Shown piece after piece: positions 36,314 through 45,635 of a stretch of DNA of 64,000 nucleotides (the first letter of the stretch is position 1; every line of letters begins with the position of its first letter). The stretch is from a virus. Lineage: Duplodnaviria > Caudoviricetes. The notes below the pieces were generated by a model that did no database searches, had not been told where the DNA came from, and saw nothing but the letters and a program-made list of their open reading frames with translations. A program made the translations under genes and the position numbers. The stretch is from the IMG/VR virus record IMGVR_UViG_3300037067_012588; one strand, 5' to 3'.

Positions 36314-37270
36314 ATGGATAAGACAACGATGAACGAAATTGTGCGACGAATACGAGATTCCAAGGCCTATTCAGACTGGGTGGAAAGGAATCGGGCAACG
36401 ACATGTGTTCGCTGTGGATCACTCGAAAACCTTTCTCTACACCATATTGAGACAATCTCCCATTGTCTTTCTGACCACTGGAAATTCTATGGAGATTGGG
36501 AGGAAGCGTATCAGCACGTTTTGACCCTCCACGAGTCTGATATGATCAGTGCAGCAACCCTCTGCGACAAATGCCACACACGCACTCATCCGGGCAGGGT
36601 GCCACAGACCATCGACACAACCGCCATAGACGCAACCAAGTGGCTTACAGCCCCCAGAACACCCCTTCCACGGTTCGCTCCCCGCAAGGCAAAGCATGGA
36701 TGTCTTGGACTTATCTCATTTCAGGTACTTTTGGGACTTGGGAACTATATCCTCCAAGGCAAAATCCATGAAAACCTTGTTGTTGCTCCTTGTGGAGAAC
36801 TTGCTAGGATTTTGGGTAAAAAGAACGGAACCGCTTGGCGAGCAGACCTTGGTCGTGCTTGTGAAACGCTTGAACAGGCAGCTATTATCAGCGGGCATCA
36901 TATATCCAACGAGGAAGCAGAGTTTTTCTTTACGCAAGGATATCTCGATCAACTCTGTAAAAACCCGTGGTTTATCAAAATCACAGAAGGACATGGATCA
37001 AGTTCGTTGGCTATTTTCCTGCGATGGTTTCTCTGTTTCTTACCAAATCGACGCCGATATGCTATTGGTGTGGATAAGATGGCCAAGTATCTCGGAAGTG
37101 ATGATTCAAACCCTCATCGGTTTGCGGCAAGAGTTGTTGAAGCCTCTAAGCAAACTCCTTGGATAACAAAGGCAGAATTTCGTGATGGTCTTTTGCAGTT
37201 CCAAATGAAAAAACGGGCAACCGCACCCGTTTTTGGTTTGAGAAAGATTCTGAATAGCCGATTACACTGA
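36314..37270 (+). CDS. HNH/zinc-finger domain fused to a putative winged-helix (Rep_3-like) DNA-binding region
   Basis: CVRCGS.ENL.LHHI...TLCDKCHTRTH is HNH-like. C-terminal YAIGVDKMAKYLG...F..RVV.A loosely resembles replication initiators (weak). Only credible plus-strand gene. Confidence 0.6.
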   Translation: MDKTTMNEIVRRIRDSKAYSDWVERNRATTCVRCGSLENLSLHHIETISHCLSDHWKFYGDWEEAYQHVLTLHESDMISAATLCDKCHTRTHPGRVPQTIDTTAIDATKWLTAPRTPLPRFAPRKAKHGCLGLISFQVLLGLGNYILQGKIHENLVVAPCGELARILGKKNGTAWRADLGRACETLEQAAIISGHHISNEEAEFFFTQGYLDQLCKNPWFIKITEGHGSSSLAIFLRWFLCFLPNRRRYAIGVDKMAKYLGSDDSNPHRFAARVVEASKQTPWITKAEFRDGLLQFQMKKRATAPVFGLRKILNSRLH

Positions 37271-38026
37271 AAGTTTTATTTCAACCCTTAATGTGCAAAC
37301 GTCTGGATCGACTGGGAAAGTTTGTTGTTGGCAATTTGTATTAGAACCTGAAGTATTTCCATGTTCTAGCGTTCCTGGTGTTGGACCATACGAATTATTC
37401 AAACCATATGGCCAAAGAATTGAAAGAATACGGCTTTTTGTGTCAGAGTATCCATAATAACATGAATTATGCCTGAGTGTGTTGCAATACAAATATATCT
37501 TACAATCTTCTTGGTTCTTCGATATTGATAGATTCAACCTAAACCCATCACTTTCCCCAGCATAACTATTATACCAAAAAACATACCCACCATTATTTGT
37601 TGGACAAGTTAAGTTGTTCATTCCAAAGGTCAACGGGAAGAACGGCGAAGTAAACCCTCCACCGCCATCATAAAAATCCCCAGTCCCTATCACTTGCGCA
37701 TATCCAGAAATCTGTCCAAGCCCAGAGCCATAAACAGAAGCAGAAGGCAATATAGATGTGTTTTTCTTCAAAGGACCAAGAACATCATTTGTTAAACCAT
37801 TCGCAGAATAACACGAACTGGAAAAATCCATCGGAACCAAATCTGTAGCAACACAACAAAGATTTGCAGCAATATCCAAAATTCTTTGACGAACAACACC
37901 AACCATATACCACCAAACGTGATATGATGCACCAGAAGACAACGGCGCAAGCAATCCCATCGATGGTATCTTCTTTTCGTTGAGTTCTTCAATGATTGGA
38001 TTCAGGTCTGTTGGTTTTGTCGACAT
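37262..38026 (-). CDS. Hypothetical protein
   Basis: ORF with GAGG RBS before ATG 38026; Gly/Tyr/Ser-rich. Confidence 0.55.
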   Translation of the reverse strand: MSTKPTDLNPIIEELNEKKIPSMGLLAPLSSGASYHVWWYMVGVVRQRILDIAANLCCVATDLVPMDFSSSCYSANGLTNDVLGPLKKNTSILPSASVYGSGLGQISGYAQVIGTGDFYDGGGGFTSPFFPLTFGMNNLTCPTNNGGYVFWYNSYAGESDGFRLNLSISKNQEDCKIYLYCNTLRHNSCYYGYSDTKSRILSILWPYGLNNSYGPTPGTLEHGNTSGSNTNCQQQTFPVDPDVCTLRVEIKLSV

Positions 38027-38036
38027 AAATTGGACC

Positions 38037-38423
38037 TCAATAAAAAAGACCGTACATTTCAGCCTTGATGAAAAAACGTCCACCCGATATCTCAAACTCA
38101 AATACAGTCATCGGGTTCAGGTTCCCTGCGAAATTGAAGGACTTCTTTTTCTTCTTGCCCTTTGACATAATCTCCCATTTCACAGGAACAACAAGGTCTG
38201 GACCAGAAAGGCCTTTCAATGCCCGACGAGCCCAGTTCGAAAGCGCTGTCATGTCTGAGCTTGCTGGATGATATTCAGCTATTGGTGCAGGAGCAGACAA
38301 GATAGCCATGAACTCATACGAATGCTCATCCGTTCTTGTTTCGCCTCCACCGACAAGCTTTACAGCCTCAAGAACAAAATCCTTGGCTGTAAGGTTGAAT
38401 ATCGACTTATACAGCTCCAACAT
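38037..38423 (-). CDS. Hypothetical protein
   Basis: AAGGAG RBS; packed in the operon. Confidence 0.55.
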   Translation of the reverse strand: MLELYKSIFNLTAKDFVLEAVKLVGGGETRTDEHSYEFMAILSAPAPIAEYHPASSDMTALSNWARRALKGLSGPDLVVPVKWEIMSKGKKKKKSFNFAGNLNPMTVFEFEISGGRFFIKAEMYGLFY

Positions 38424-38503
38424 CACCATCTCCTTCAAAAACAAAACGTCGCTCCACTACAGAACGACGTTCTATTCAATTTTTAATATACCTGTGCAAA
38501 AAA

Positions 38504-39079
38504 TTACTTGAAGTTCTCACGATTGTAAAACGGCCGGTCAGTCAAGACATTTGTGATAACTTCCATCTGAGGCTTGAGATACATAGACATATCCTCACCA
38601 CGCATCGACTTCATCAAAGCCACAGCAAGGTGCGAACCAACCACAGCATCTGCCTCGTCATCATTCTTCGTATCAATGTTCCACTTCTTGAACACTTCTT
38701 TACAAATCATGTCCTTCGGGCAAGTTCCTTTTCCGCTCACAAACTTCTTGAGCTGTGTCGGGGCAGGAATGACAAATGGTAATCCGAGGTCGTGCATCTT
38801 GAGGCGGACGATATGCCCAAGCCCAATCAGCTTCATGGCAGAACCAATTTGGGCTGAATTGGTTGGTGTGAAGAAATCCTCCACAACAATCAAGGAAACG
38901 TCAGATGGGATAAATTTGATAACCTCATCCATGATATGACGATACCTGTCGAGGTCACATTTGAAACTCTTCGGAACTGTCTTGATCGAGCGGAACTCAA
39001 TCAGTTTATCTCCATCAATTTTCGCAAGACCTGACGATGTAAGAGAAAGGTCAAGCCCTACAGCAATCATGTTACTCAT
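38504..39079 (-). CDS. ruvC: RuvC-like Holliday junction resolvase
   Basis: GLDLSLTSSG, VVED, PTQLKKFVSGKG..K, NDDEADA acidic motifs. Confidence 0.85.
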   Translation of the reverse strand: MSNMIAVGLDLSLTSSGLAKIDGDKLIEFRSIKTVPKSFKCDLDRYRHIMDEVIKFIPSDVSLIVVEDFFTPTNSAQIGSAMKLIGLGHIVRLKMHDLGLPFVIPAPTQLKKFVSGKGTCPKDMICKEVFKKWNIDTKNDDEADAVVGSHLAVALMKSMRGEDMSMYLKPQMEVITNVLTDRPFYNRENFK

Positions 39080-39332
39080 CGGTGACTCCCAAAATGTCTT
39101 TCGCCTTTTTCAGTGAAGCAAGAGACTCTTTCCGAAGAGTCTCTATCTTGTCCTGTAGTTCTGTCACAGGAATGCCAAATTTATCAACGCATTCCTTCTC
39201 CATTTCCTTGATTCGGTTCTCGTAGGTTTCAAGCTCGCCAGACAAACGACTCTTTTTTGTCCTCAGTTCTTCAGCAATCTCACGAGCATTGGACATCTGC
39301 TCAAGCAAATCCTTCGTATCGACATCAGCCAT
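39072..39332 (-). CDS. Small coiled-coil protein
   Basis: 86 aa with E/K/L heptad pattern. Confidence 0.65.
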   Translation of the reverse strand: MADVDTKDLLEQMSNAREIAEELRTKKSRLSGELETYENRIKEMEKECVDKFGIPVTELQDKIETLRKESLASLKKAKDILGVTDE

Positions 39333-39712
39333 TATTCGTCCCCTGTTATTGTACCATCCAATGAAGACTTCAACTCTTCTTCGTCAAGTTCGTTGATTTC
39401 ACCAAGAAGGAAAACCGTTCCCTTCTTCGTAACCGCTCCGAGAAACATTTTTCCATCATCTTCTGTTTGTTTTCCTACACGGAAAAACCTCACACCAGTA
39501 TCTTTTCCGTCCTCGCCCTTGATTCCATAGACAAATATAAGCGGGCGTTTGTCTTCCTCTCCAACCTCAAACATAGTCACCCAACGCTTCAAAACGTTAG
39601 TAACTCGTCCATTTTCTTTCTTTACGACCCAGAAGTCCTTCGTGTCACGAACAAGTGTTCCGACAATTTTCCCAAGCCCAGAAACATGGGACATAAATTT
39701 CTTTCCAACCAT
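39332..39712 (-). CDS. Hypothetical protein
   Basis: ATG overlapping the upstream TGA; GGAGG RBS. Confidence 0.6.
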   Translation of the reverse strand: MVGKKFMSHVSGLGKIVGTLVRDTKDFWVVKKENGRVTNVLKRWVTMFEVGEEDKRPLIFVYGIKGEDGKDTGVRFFRVGKQTEDDGKMFLGAVTKKGTVFLLGEINELDEEELKSSLDGTITGDE

Positions 39713-41025
39713 CACGACCTCCTCGCCCGACGTACAGGCTCGTTGTGCGAACACTTCTCAACAGGCTTTTGACAAAACGGACAAATATCCACAGACTCCA
39801 TAAGCAGAGCAACATCTTGCTCTGCATTCTCCAAAGCCGTGGAAGCTTTATCCAAAGCACCCTTTGACTCAGTTTTCTTTTGCACGCATCTTGTGAACAC
39901 AACTAAGAAGGTGTTCATCGAATCAGCTTTGTTCAGAATATCTGTTGCCTGTTCGAGAATCAAAATGGCTTCTTCAATCTCTGGAAGGCTTTCTATTGTA
40001 CCCCTTATTCCCTTAACCTTCCTCCGAACCTCAAGATAATTCTCAGAAAAAACCTCCATCTCCTGAACCGAAGCAATGGCTTTATCTGTTTTTCCCAATA
40101 AAACCAATGCCGCATCCGTATTTGGAATGGAAGAAAGACTATCCTTGACAACCTTCACCTTGTTGAGGTAAGATGTATACCCAACAAGAGTCTTTGACAT
40201 ATCCATTGCCACCTGTGCCCGCTCCTGTGCGACATCAAGACTCTTGATAGCCTTGTCTACGTCTGGAAGGGCTGCGAGCGCACCACGGGCTTTCTGTGCG
40301 GTTTCTTGAGCCTTGTCGAGAGCACCTTTGAAGTTCTCCTGCTCAACTGCCTTCTTTTCAAAGGCGACAGACTTGGCCAAGGCTTCATCTGCCTGATTGA
40401 GGACGTCTTCTTCCTTTGCGAGAAAGAGTTTGTCGTGCATCTGTTCTTGAAAACCATTTGCTTCAAGCTCAAGACGCTTGATATCTTTTCCGTTTCTGAG
40501 GTTGTCGAGCGATATCTCTCTTACGATACCCTCGATACCAGACAATCCAGAAATCTCATCAACCACCTGCGCACGGGTCGATCCAGACGAAACATCACCA
40601 TTCAGTTCATCGAGCAGAAAATGCCCTTCGAGTTGGTCCATGATGTTGGCATTGAACGAAATGTTTCCAATAGTCACTGGTCGAAGCCCTGTGATATCTA
40701 TGACATCCTGCAAAAGCTCTTTGCCTATATTTTCAAACAGCTTGGTTTTTTGTCCGTTTGGGGTGACCTCCCACTGGTTTATCTTCTTGCCCCTGCGCAC
40801 CCGAACGATTCCCTTATCTGTCGTCAGTGTTATCTCGCAGAACTTTTCACCAACACGAACCGAGTCCGTGATGAACTCGTTGAAGCAAACGAGCTTAAGA
40901 GCACGCAAGATGCTTGTCTTTCCGCTGTTGCTTTTTCCACAGATGAGGTTGAGTCCCGAGGAGAAATCACTGAGGACGGTATGCTCATGACTTTCGAAGT
41001 TTTTGATTTCAAGTGCCTGTAGCAC
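39712..41025 (-). CDS. SbcC/Rad50-like ATPase, N-terminal half ending at the zinc hook
   Basis: LEIKNFESH, Walker A GKSNSGKT, Q-loop, coiled coil, terminal CPFC; no ABC signature or Walker B. GTG start after GGAG (ORF track 41184). Confidence 0.8.
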   Translation of the reverse strand: MLQALEIKNFESHEHTVLSDFSSGLNLICGKSNSGKTSILRALKLVCFNEFITDSVRVGEKFCEITLTTDKGIVRVRRGKKINQWEVTPNGQKTKLFENIGKELLQDVIDITGLRPVTIGNISFNANIMDQLEGHFLLDELNGDVSSGSTRAQVVDEISGLSGIEGIVREISLDNLRNGKDIKRLELEANGFQEQMHDKLFLAKEEDVLNQADEALAKSVAFEKKAVEQENFKGALDKAQETAQKARGALAALPDVDKAIKSLDVAQERAQVAMDMSKTLVGYTSYLNKVKVVKDSLSSIPNTDAALVLLGKTDKAIASVQEMEVFSENYLEVRRKVKGIRGTIESLPEIEEAILILEQATDILNKADSMNTFLVVFTRCVQKKTESKGALDKASTALENAEQDVALLMESVDICPFCQKPVEKCSHNEPVRRARRS

Positions 41026-41105
41026 GTTTTGTTCTCCAATAGAAACAGGGAATCGGAACGTTCCGACTCCCTGATTATACAGATAATCAGGCACTTGTGA
41101 ATCGT

Positions 41106-41828
41106 TTATTTCTTGCGTTTTTTGTTCCGAACAATTGTGTAGCCTTCGGGAATAGAAACCAGAACTGTTCCGATTTTTGGGCATTTTGCCTTAATCAAAA
41201 ACACACCGTTTTCCTCGATGAGTTCTGAGTTTCCCAAACGATACTTGTTTTTGCTTGACCTCGGGCTACTCGAAGGAGTATGGGCAAACACGAGATTGTT
41301 TTCGAAATACACCAACTCTTTTGGACTCATGTCCCAAAACCTTGAATAGACATGTCCACGCTTAACAGGAAAACGCAAATCGTTCTGGATCGCCCACATC
41401 GGACTCTCTATAACTCCAGACTTGACCAAACGACTGTCAGGGTTTGCCAAACAAACCCTACTCCAGATGTTTTCCTGAAACTTGCCAACACAAGCTGCCC
41501 TTGCAAGAGCAGCACAATGTTTTGGGTGATTCGCAACAAGGTTCGCATCAAACCCATACTTTATCACAAGAACATATTGATACTCAAACACTTCGGTTGC
41601 CGACCGAACAATTCCATCCCAAAACAACTGCCTGAGAGCCTCTGTTTTGAGGCTCTTATAAACCCCCAATGAAACATAAAGATTTTTTGACAACTTATCC
41701 ACGCAATCTTTTGTATCCATTGAAATACTCTTCAGACAGGCAACAGCACGATCAGGCAACACAACATTTTTCATCATCATCTCCTTAAACATTGTTCTTC
41801 TGTAAGAAAAATCAAACAAAATAACCAA
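41106..41828 (-). CDS. Hypothetical protein
   Basis: 240-aa ORF; true start probably near 41780 (AAGGAG). Confidence 0.6.
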   Translation of the reverse strand: MVILFDFSYRRTMFKEMMMKNVVLPDRAVACLKSISMDTKDCVDKLSKNLYVSLGVYKSLKTEALRQLFWDGIVRSATEVFEYQYVLVIKYGFDANLVANHPKHCAALARAACVGKFQENIWSRVCLANPDSRLVKSGVIESPMWAIQNDLRFPVKRGHVYSRFWDMSPKELVYFENNLVFAHTPSSSPRSSKNKYRLGNSELIEENGVFLIKAKCPKIGTVLVSIPEGYTIVRNKKRKK

Positions 41829-41839
41829 ACATGAAATGT

Positions 41840-42073
41840 TTATTGTTTAAAAATATCAAGGTCTTCTTCAGAACATCGAAGAACAAACGCACGAGTTAGA
41901 TCAGCATCCCAACCATAATCATCAAGACGACCCTTAATACATCGAATTTTCTCGGAGAGATTCTTTCTCACATCAAAAACCGACAACAAAATATGGGTCT
42001 TCTCTTTTCCCTCGAACTCGTCAAAAAGATCACAGAAAAATCTTTTTAATTGTTCTGATGCTCTCAAAAACAA
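41840..42073 (-). CDS. Hypothetical protein
   Basis: Short ORF filling a gap on the coding strand; start uncertain. Confidence 0.4.
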   Translation of the reverse strand: MFLRASEQLKRFFCDLFDEFEGKEKTHILLSVFDVRKNLSEKIRCIKGRLDDYGWDADLTRAFVLRCSEEDLDIFKQ

Positions 42074-42123
42074 TTTCGTCTTGGGAAATTGGAACGCAAT
42101 GCCCTGAACAAACTCGTCCTTAC

Positions 42124-42678
42124 TTATTTCTTTGGTCTTTTTTTTTGATCGGAAAACCCATACAACGGATTCGTTTTTTTGTTGTTTAGGTTGACGATTC
42201 CAACCATTTCAAAATATTTACCCCTGAAGTCAAACCATTGGTTCTTTACAGAACTGTATTTTTCACCATCAATATCAAAACCACAAGCACTACGAAGACC
42301 ACTTGTTTTTGAAGGACCATTCTCCCGAAGAAAACGAATCGCTTCGTGTAGTTTTTCTTTGTCTCCTTCTTTCGAAAAATGGATTCCAGAAAGGATATCT
42401 TCCTCGTCCTTTCTGGAATTTGTTTCCACATTCTCTGTTGGAATACCGCCCAACATCTTTTGGTTTTGAAACGATAGAAGACTCGGAACAACACAACATT
42501 TCAGGCACTCAATAATTTCCTGAAATGCATTGTTTTCATTCCGCATACGAGCCATAACCACACTGTCGTTTGACGAAGATGGTTGACTTGTCGTCATAAA
42601 AACATCGCACAATGAAGCAAAGGATGCTGAAGCCCTACCAATAATCTCGCCCACGTCAATATCGACCCTCTTTGCCAT
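42124..42678 (-). CDS. Hypothetical protein (possible C-terminal winged helix)
   Basis: GAAGGAG RBS; a TTGAGA-16-TATAAC sigma70-like promoter lies upstream (~42744-42771, minus strand). Confidence 0.55.
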   Translation of the reverse strand: MAKRVDIDVGEIIGRASASFASLCDVFMTTSQPSSSNDSVVMARMRNENNAFQEIIECLKCCVVPSLLSFQNQKMLGGIPTENVETNSRKDEEDILSGIHFSKEGDKEKLHEAIRFLRENGPSKTSGLRSACGFDIDGEKYSSVKNQWFDFRGKYFEMVGIVNLNNKKTNPLYGFSDQKKRPKK

Positions 42679-42913
42679 GATTGGTTCTCCTTCAACGGGC
42701 ATAATCGCCCAGCCTTAGTGTGCTGAATTATCAGCACCGATATGTTATACGTTCGTATGACACATTCTCAACAACTTTTTGGATTTATTTCCGAAGTTTC
42801 TTTTTGTTGTTAGGAATTCCTTTCTTTTTTTGCTTTTCGATAGCACGAATTCTTTCCAGATTCTCACGAATGACCTTACATGACTCGAAAAAGTTCGTCA
42901 CACTATGTCCTCT

Positions 42914-43306
42914 CTACAGAACATCGTTGATGTCGGCGTAGCACCAATATCCGCCAGTACCCGACCAGCACACTTCAGGGTCCTTGATGGGGAATGAGAA
43001 GGGAGTGAAATCAACATTGTTGTAACCAAGCCGTGAACACTCGTGACGGTAAACCGCAAGAGTTGCTTCGACGATTTCATCATCAAAGCCGTTCGCTCGC
43101 AGCGTGTCAACTTCGTAGTGGCTGATGCACGAAGGAGTGATATTCTGACCGCTCCCCATGCTCCGAACCGTAACCTTCATGTTTCGCTTGGCGATACGTT
43201 CTGGCACGGAAGGGTTCGTGGAGGTGATTCGAGTCCCAGCCTTGATAACAACAACATCGCCAGTCTTGATGGGGAGCTTTTTGGTGTCTTGGTATCCATG
43301 AAACAT
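42914..43306 (-). CDS. Hypothetical phage protein
   Basis: AAGGAG RBS; directly downstream of the repeated promoter motif. Confidence 0.65.
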   Translation of the reverse strand: MFHGYQDTKKLPIKTGDVVVIKAGTRITSTNPSVPERIAKRNMKVTVRSMGSGQNITPSCISHYEVDTLRANGFDDEIVEATLAVYRHECSRLGYNNVDFTPFSFPIKDPEVCWSGTGGYWCYADINDVL

Positions 43307-43337
43307 GTCGGTTCTCCTTTTGGGTTGGGTTCTTCAT

Positions 43338-43375
43338 TTCACAAAAGAACATCGTCCAGAAGGAGAATTTCTGGA
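43338..43375 (-). promoter_or_regulatory. Repeated intergenic promoter/operator-like motif, copy 1
   Basis: Plus strand TTCACAAAAGAACATCGTCCAGAAGGAGAATTTCTGGA; contains a TCCAGAA-7-TTCTGGA dyad. Confidence 0.7.
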
Positions 43376-43388
43376 AAAAATCTGACTT

Positions 43389-43697
43389 TTATTCTGCAGG
43401 TTCGATGGTAATCGTCAATCCGTATGCCTGAAGTTGCTCCATATGAAGCTCAGCATGTTCCTTGGACTCCGTCTTGGCAATAGCTACACCCTCGTTGTGC
43501 GCAGTCAACATGATGTCCATAGCCTTGTCCGTCTCATACTTAAACGTCTCAACCAAAGCCCTTGTCACTGTATACATATCACTGATGTCATCGTTGTGTA
43601 ACATAACGTGATAATTTGGTATCAGTTGCGTCTCTGTGTCGTTTTTTGGAATGACAACAGGTTCCGCAACACAAGGTCCGTTCGGATTGCAGCTCAC
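43389..43697 (-). CDS. clpS: ClpS N-degron adaptor
   Basis: YHVMLHNDD...V...L...F......A..IMLTAHNEG.A...E.AE...L..TIEP; the N-degron pocket residues NDD and H are present. Confidence 0.88.
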   Translation of the reverse strand: MSCNPNGPCVAEPVVIPKNDTETQLIPNYHVMLHNDDISDMYTVTRALVETFKYETDKAMDIMLTAHNEGVAIAKTESKEHAELHMEQLQAYGLTITIEPAE

Positions 43698-43731
43698 AAC
43701 ACACCTCCATCTTATGGGACGACATTGCCCA

Positions 43732-44862
43732 TTACTTTATATCGTCCCGACCGCAAATTTCTGGCCAATTTGGCATGTCAAATTTCGTCATCGGACAACG
43801 ATCAGACGAAAGAAGCAAAGCTGTCGGGTCAACCATATAGTCGGGCATCTCTTCATCGAGCCCACCCCAGCAAGACGACACAGACGTTCTGCCGTGCTTG
43901 TAAAGCTCCAAGTGCAACATCGACCTCGAATGCCCAGGAACATCTGGTCGCTCCCTACCTTCTCTCACTACAGCACTTACACGCCCCACAAGGCACCCAC
44001 GACGCACTGTTTCACCAACATGTGGTGTTGCAAAGTCCTTTTTTATTTCTCCGTAGCACACAACACCAGACGCACCTTCAATAAGAATAGCATCTGTATC
44101 ATTCCACCAAGGCGAACCAGCAAGCTCTCCAGTGAAACGTTCGTATCCAATCACTCTGCCATCTTCGACAGCATAAACAGGAGAATCATCTTTGCAATAA
44201 AGGTCAACACCTGTATGAACGTCTTTCCTTCGCTTCGCCCCAAACGAACCAGGATGCGAGCCAATCGGAATACCAGAGCACTCATCTTTAGGTAAGGGGA
44301 ATATCCAAGTCAGCTCACCCTCAAGGAGTTTGGCGATATCACAAACATGTGCCATAGCCCCAACACCTTCATCGCCGCAAGCCAACGTTTTCATTACAGG
44401 CGGAACAACCTTCACCTTCGTACCGAGACTATATAGCTTGAGAATGTGTTCTTGGGTGAAAGGATTTGCCCACATCAACGAATTCATAGCTGGTGCAACA
44501 ATCACAGGTCGAACAAAATCCCAAGCCCTGAAAATGCTCGTAAGCAGATTATCGCAGATTCCATTCGCCATTTTGGCAAGAGTATTCGCAGAAAGCGGTG
44601 CGATAACAAATGCCCCGAATTCTTTTCGGATGTCGATATGCCGAACAGGGTCGCCACTCTTCTGCCAAACCTTGTTTCCGTTTGAATAATTCCACTCGTT
44701 TGAGTCACGCCAAACCTTGACGTTGATTTTTTCTGTTTCCAAAAAATACATAGCATTCTCAGTGGCAACGATTTCTACATCGCCAAGATGTGACAACGCC
44801 GAAACCATCTTGTGTGCCACGGTCGTTGCAACAGAACCAGTCAATCCAAGCAGAATCTTCAT
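43732..44862 (-). CDS. coaC: Phosphopantothenoylcysteine decarboxylase (HFCD flavoprotein) fused to an M23-peptidase-like domain
   Basis: LLGLTGSVA, HI.IR, APLSANTLAKMANGICDNLL, PAMNSLMW, LACGDEGVGAM; C-terminal HTGVDLY...VYAVEDG.V...MLHLELY is M23-like. Confidence 0.85.
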   Translation of the reverse strand: MKILLGLTGSVATTVAHKMVSALSHLGDVEIVATENAMYFLETEKINVKVWRDSNEWNYSNGNKVWQKSGDPVRHIDIRKEFGAFVIAPLSANTLAKMANGICDNLLTSIFRAWDFVRPVIVAPAMNSLMWANPFTQEHILKLYSLGTKVKVVPPVMKTLACGDEGVGAMAHVCDIAKLLEGELTWIFPLPKDECSGIPIGSHPGSFGAKRRKDVHTGVDLYCKDDSPVYAVEDGRVIGYERFTGELAGSPWWNDTDAILIEGASGVVCYGEIKKDFATPHVGETVRRGCLVGRVSAVVREGRERPDVPGHSRSMLHLELYKHGRTSVSSCWGGLDEEMPDYMVDPTALLLSSDRCPMTKFDMPNWPEICGRDDIK

Positions 44863-45608
44863 TTCGAGGCCTTCCAGTTTTCATATTCCAACAAGATTTT
44901 ATCAACAACAATTTCAGCAATGTCACCATCCGACTTTGTATAACACGAACCACTACCACCACGATAAATCACGAGAACTCTGTGGTCATCGTTCTTGATG
45001 TCACGAAGGTCATTAGCAATGACCATGTCACAACCGTTCTTCTTGATGCTTTGCCTTGCAGCCTCAATCAGCTCAGAGTCCGTTGAACCCACAAGAAGCT
45101 TGAATCCGACAAGGAATGCGCTCGGACACTTCTTCTTGATACGACCAATCAACTTCGGGAGCTTGTGAAGCTGGATGGACATGTCTTCGTCTTTCGAGCG
45201 AATCTTGCCATTCATAGGCTTCGTGCCGTAATCCGAAACAGCAGCAGCGAGAACGATGATGTCAGGTGTATGCTCAACCTTCTTCTCATCAATCAAGTTA
45301 CACAAGTCTTTCGAGTAATCATCGAACGTCTTGTAATCGTATTGGTGATAGTTATCACCAAAATTCTCGCTGAACCAGCAAAGCTTTGCAAGAGCACCAA
45401 CAGCTTCTGACGGGCTGACCGAGTTGAGGTCAATGTTTGTAGAAAACGGTGTCTTAGAACCGCTTGCGCAAAGAAAGTCTACCTTTTGGTTGTTCTTCAG
45501 AAACCACGTTGCGAGCTTTGAGCCAAACGTTCCCTTAGACATATTGGCGATATGCCGAACAGTGTCAATTGGAATCTTAGTTCCGCCGCTGGTTACTAGA
45601 ACACGCAT
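44859..45608 (-). CDS. coaB: Phosphopantothenate-cysteine ligase (monofunctional)
   Basis: VLVTSGGT..PID.VR.I.N.S.G..G, AAAVSDY, LVGFKLL, VIANDL; GAGGAG RBS. Confidence 0.88.
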   Translation of the reverse strand: MRVLVTSGGTKIPIDTVRHIANMSKGTFGSKLATWFLKNNQKVDFLCASGSKTPFSTNIDLNSVSPSEAVGALAKLCWFSENFGDNYHQYDYKTFDDYSKDLCNLIDEKKVEHTPDIIVLAAAVSDYGTKPMNGKIRSKDEDMSIQLHKLPKLIGRIKKKCPSAFLVGFKLLVGSTDSELIEAARQSIKKNGCDMVIANDLRDIKNDDHRVLVIYRGGSGSCYTKSDGDIAEIVVDKILLEYENWKASK

Positions 45609-45635
45609 GTTAATTCTCCTCAGTACCAAAGGACT

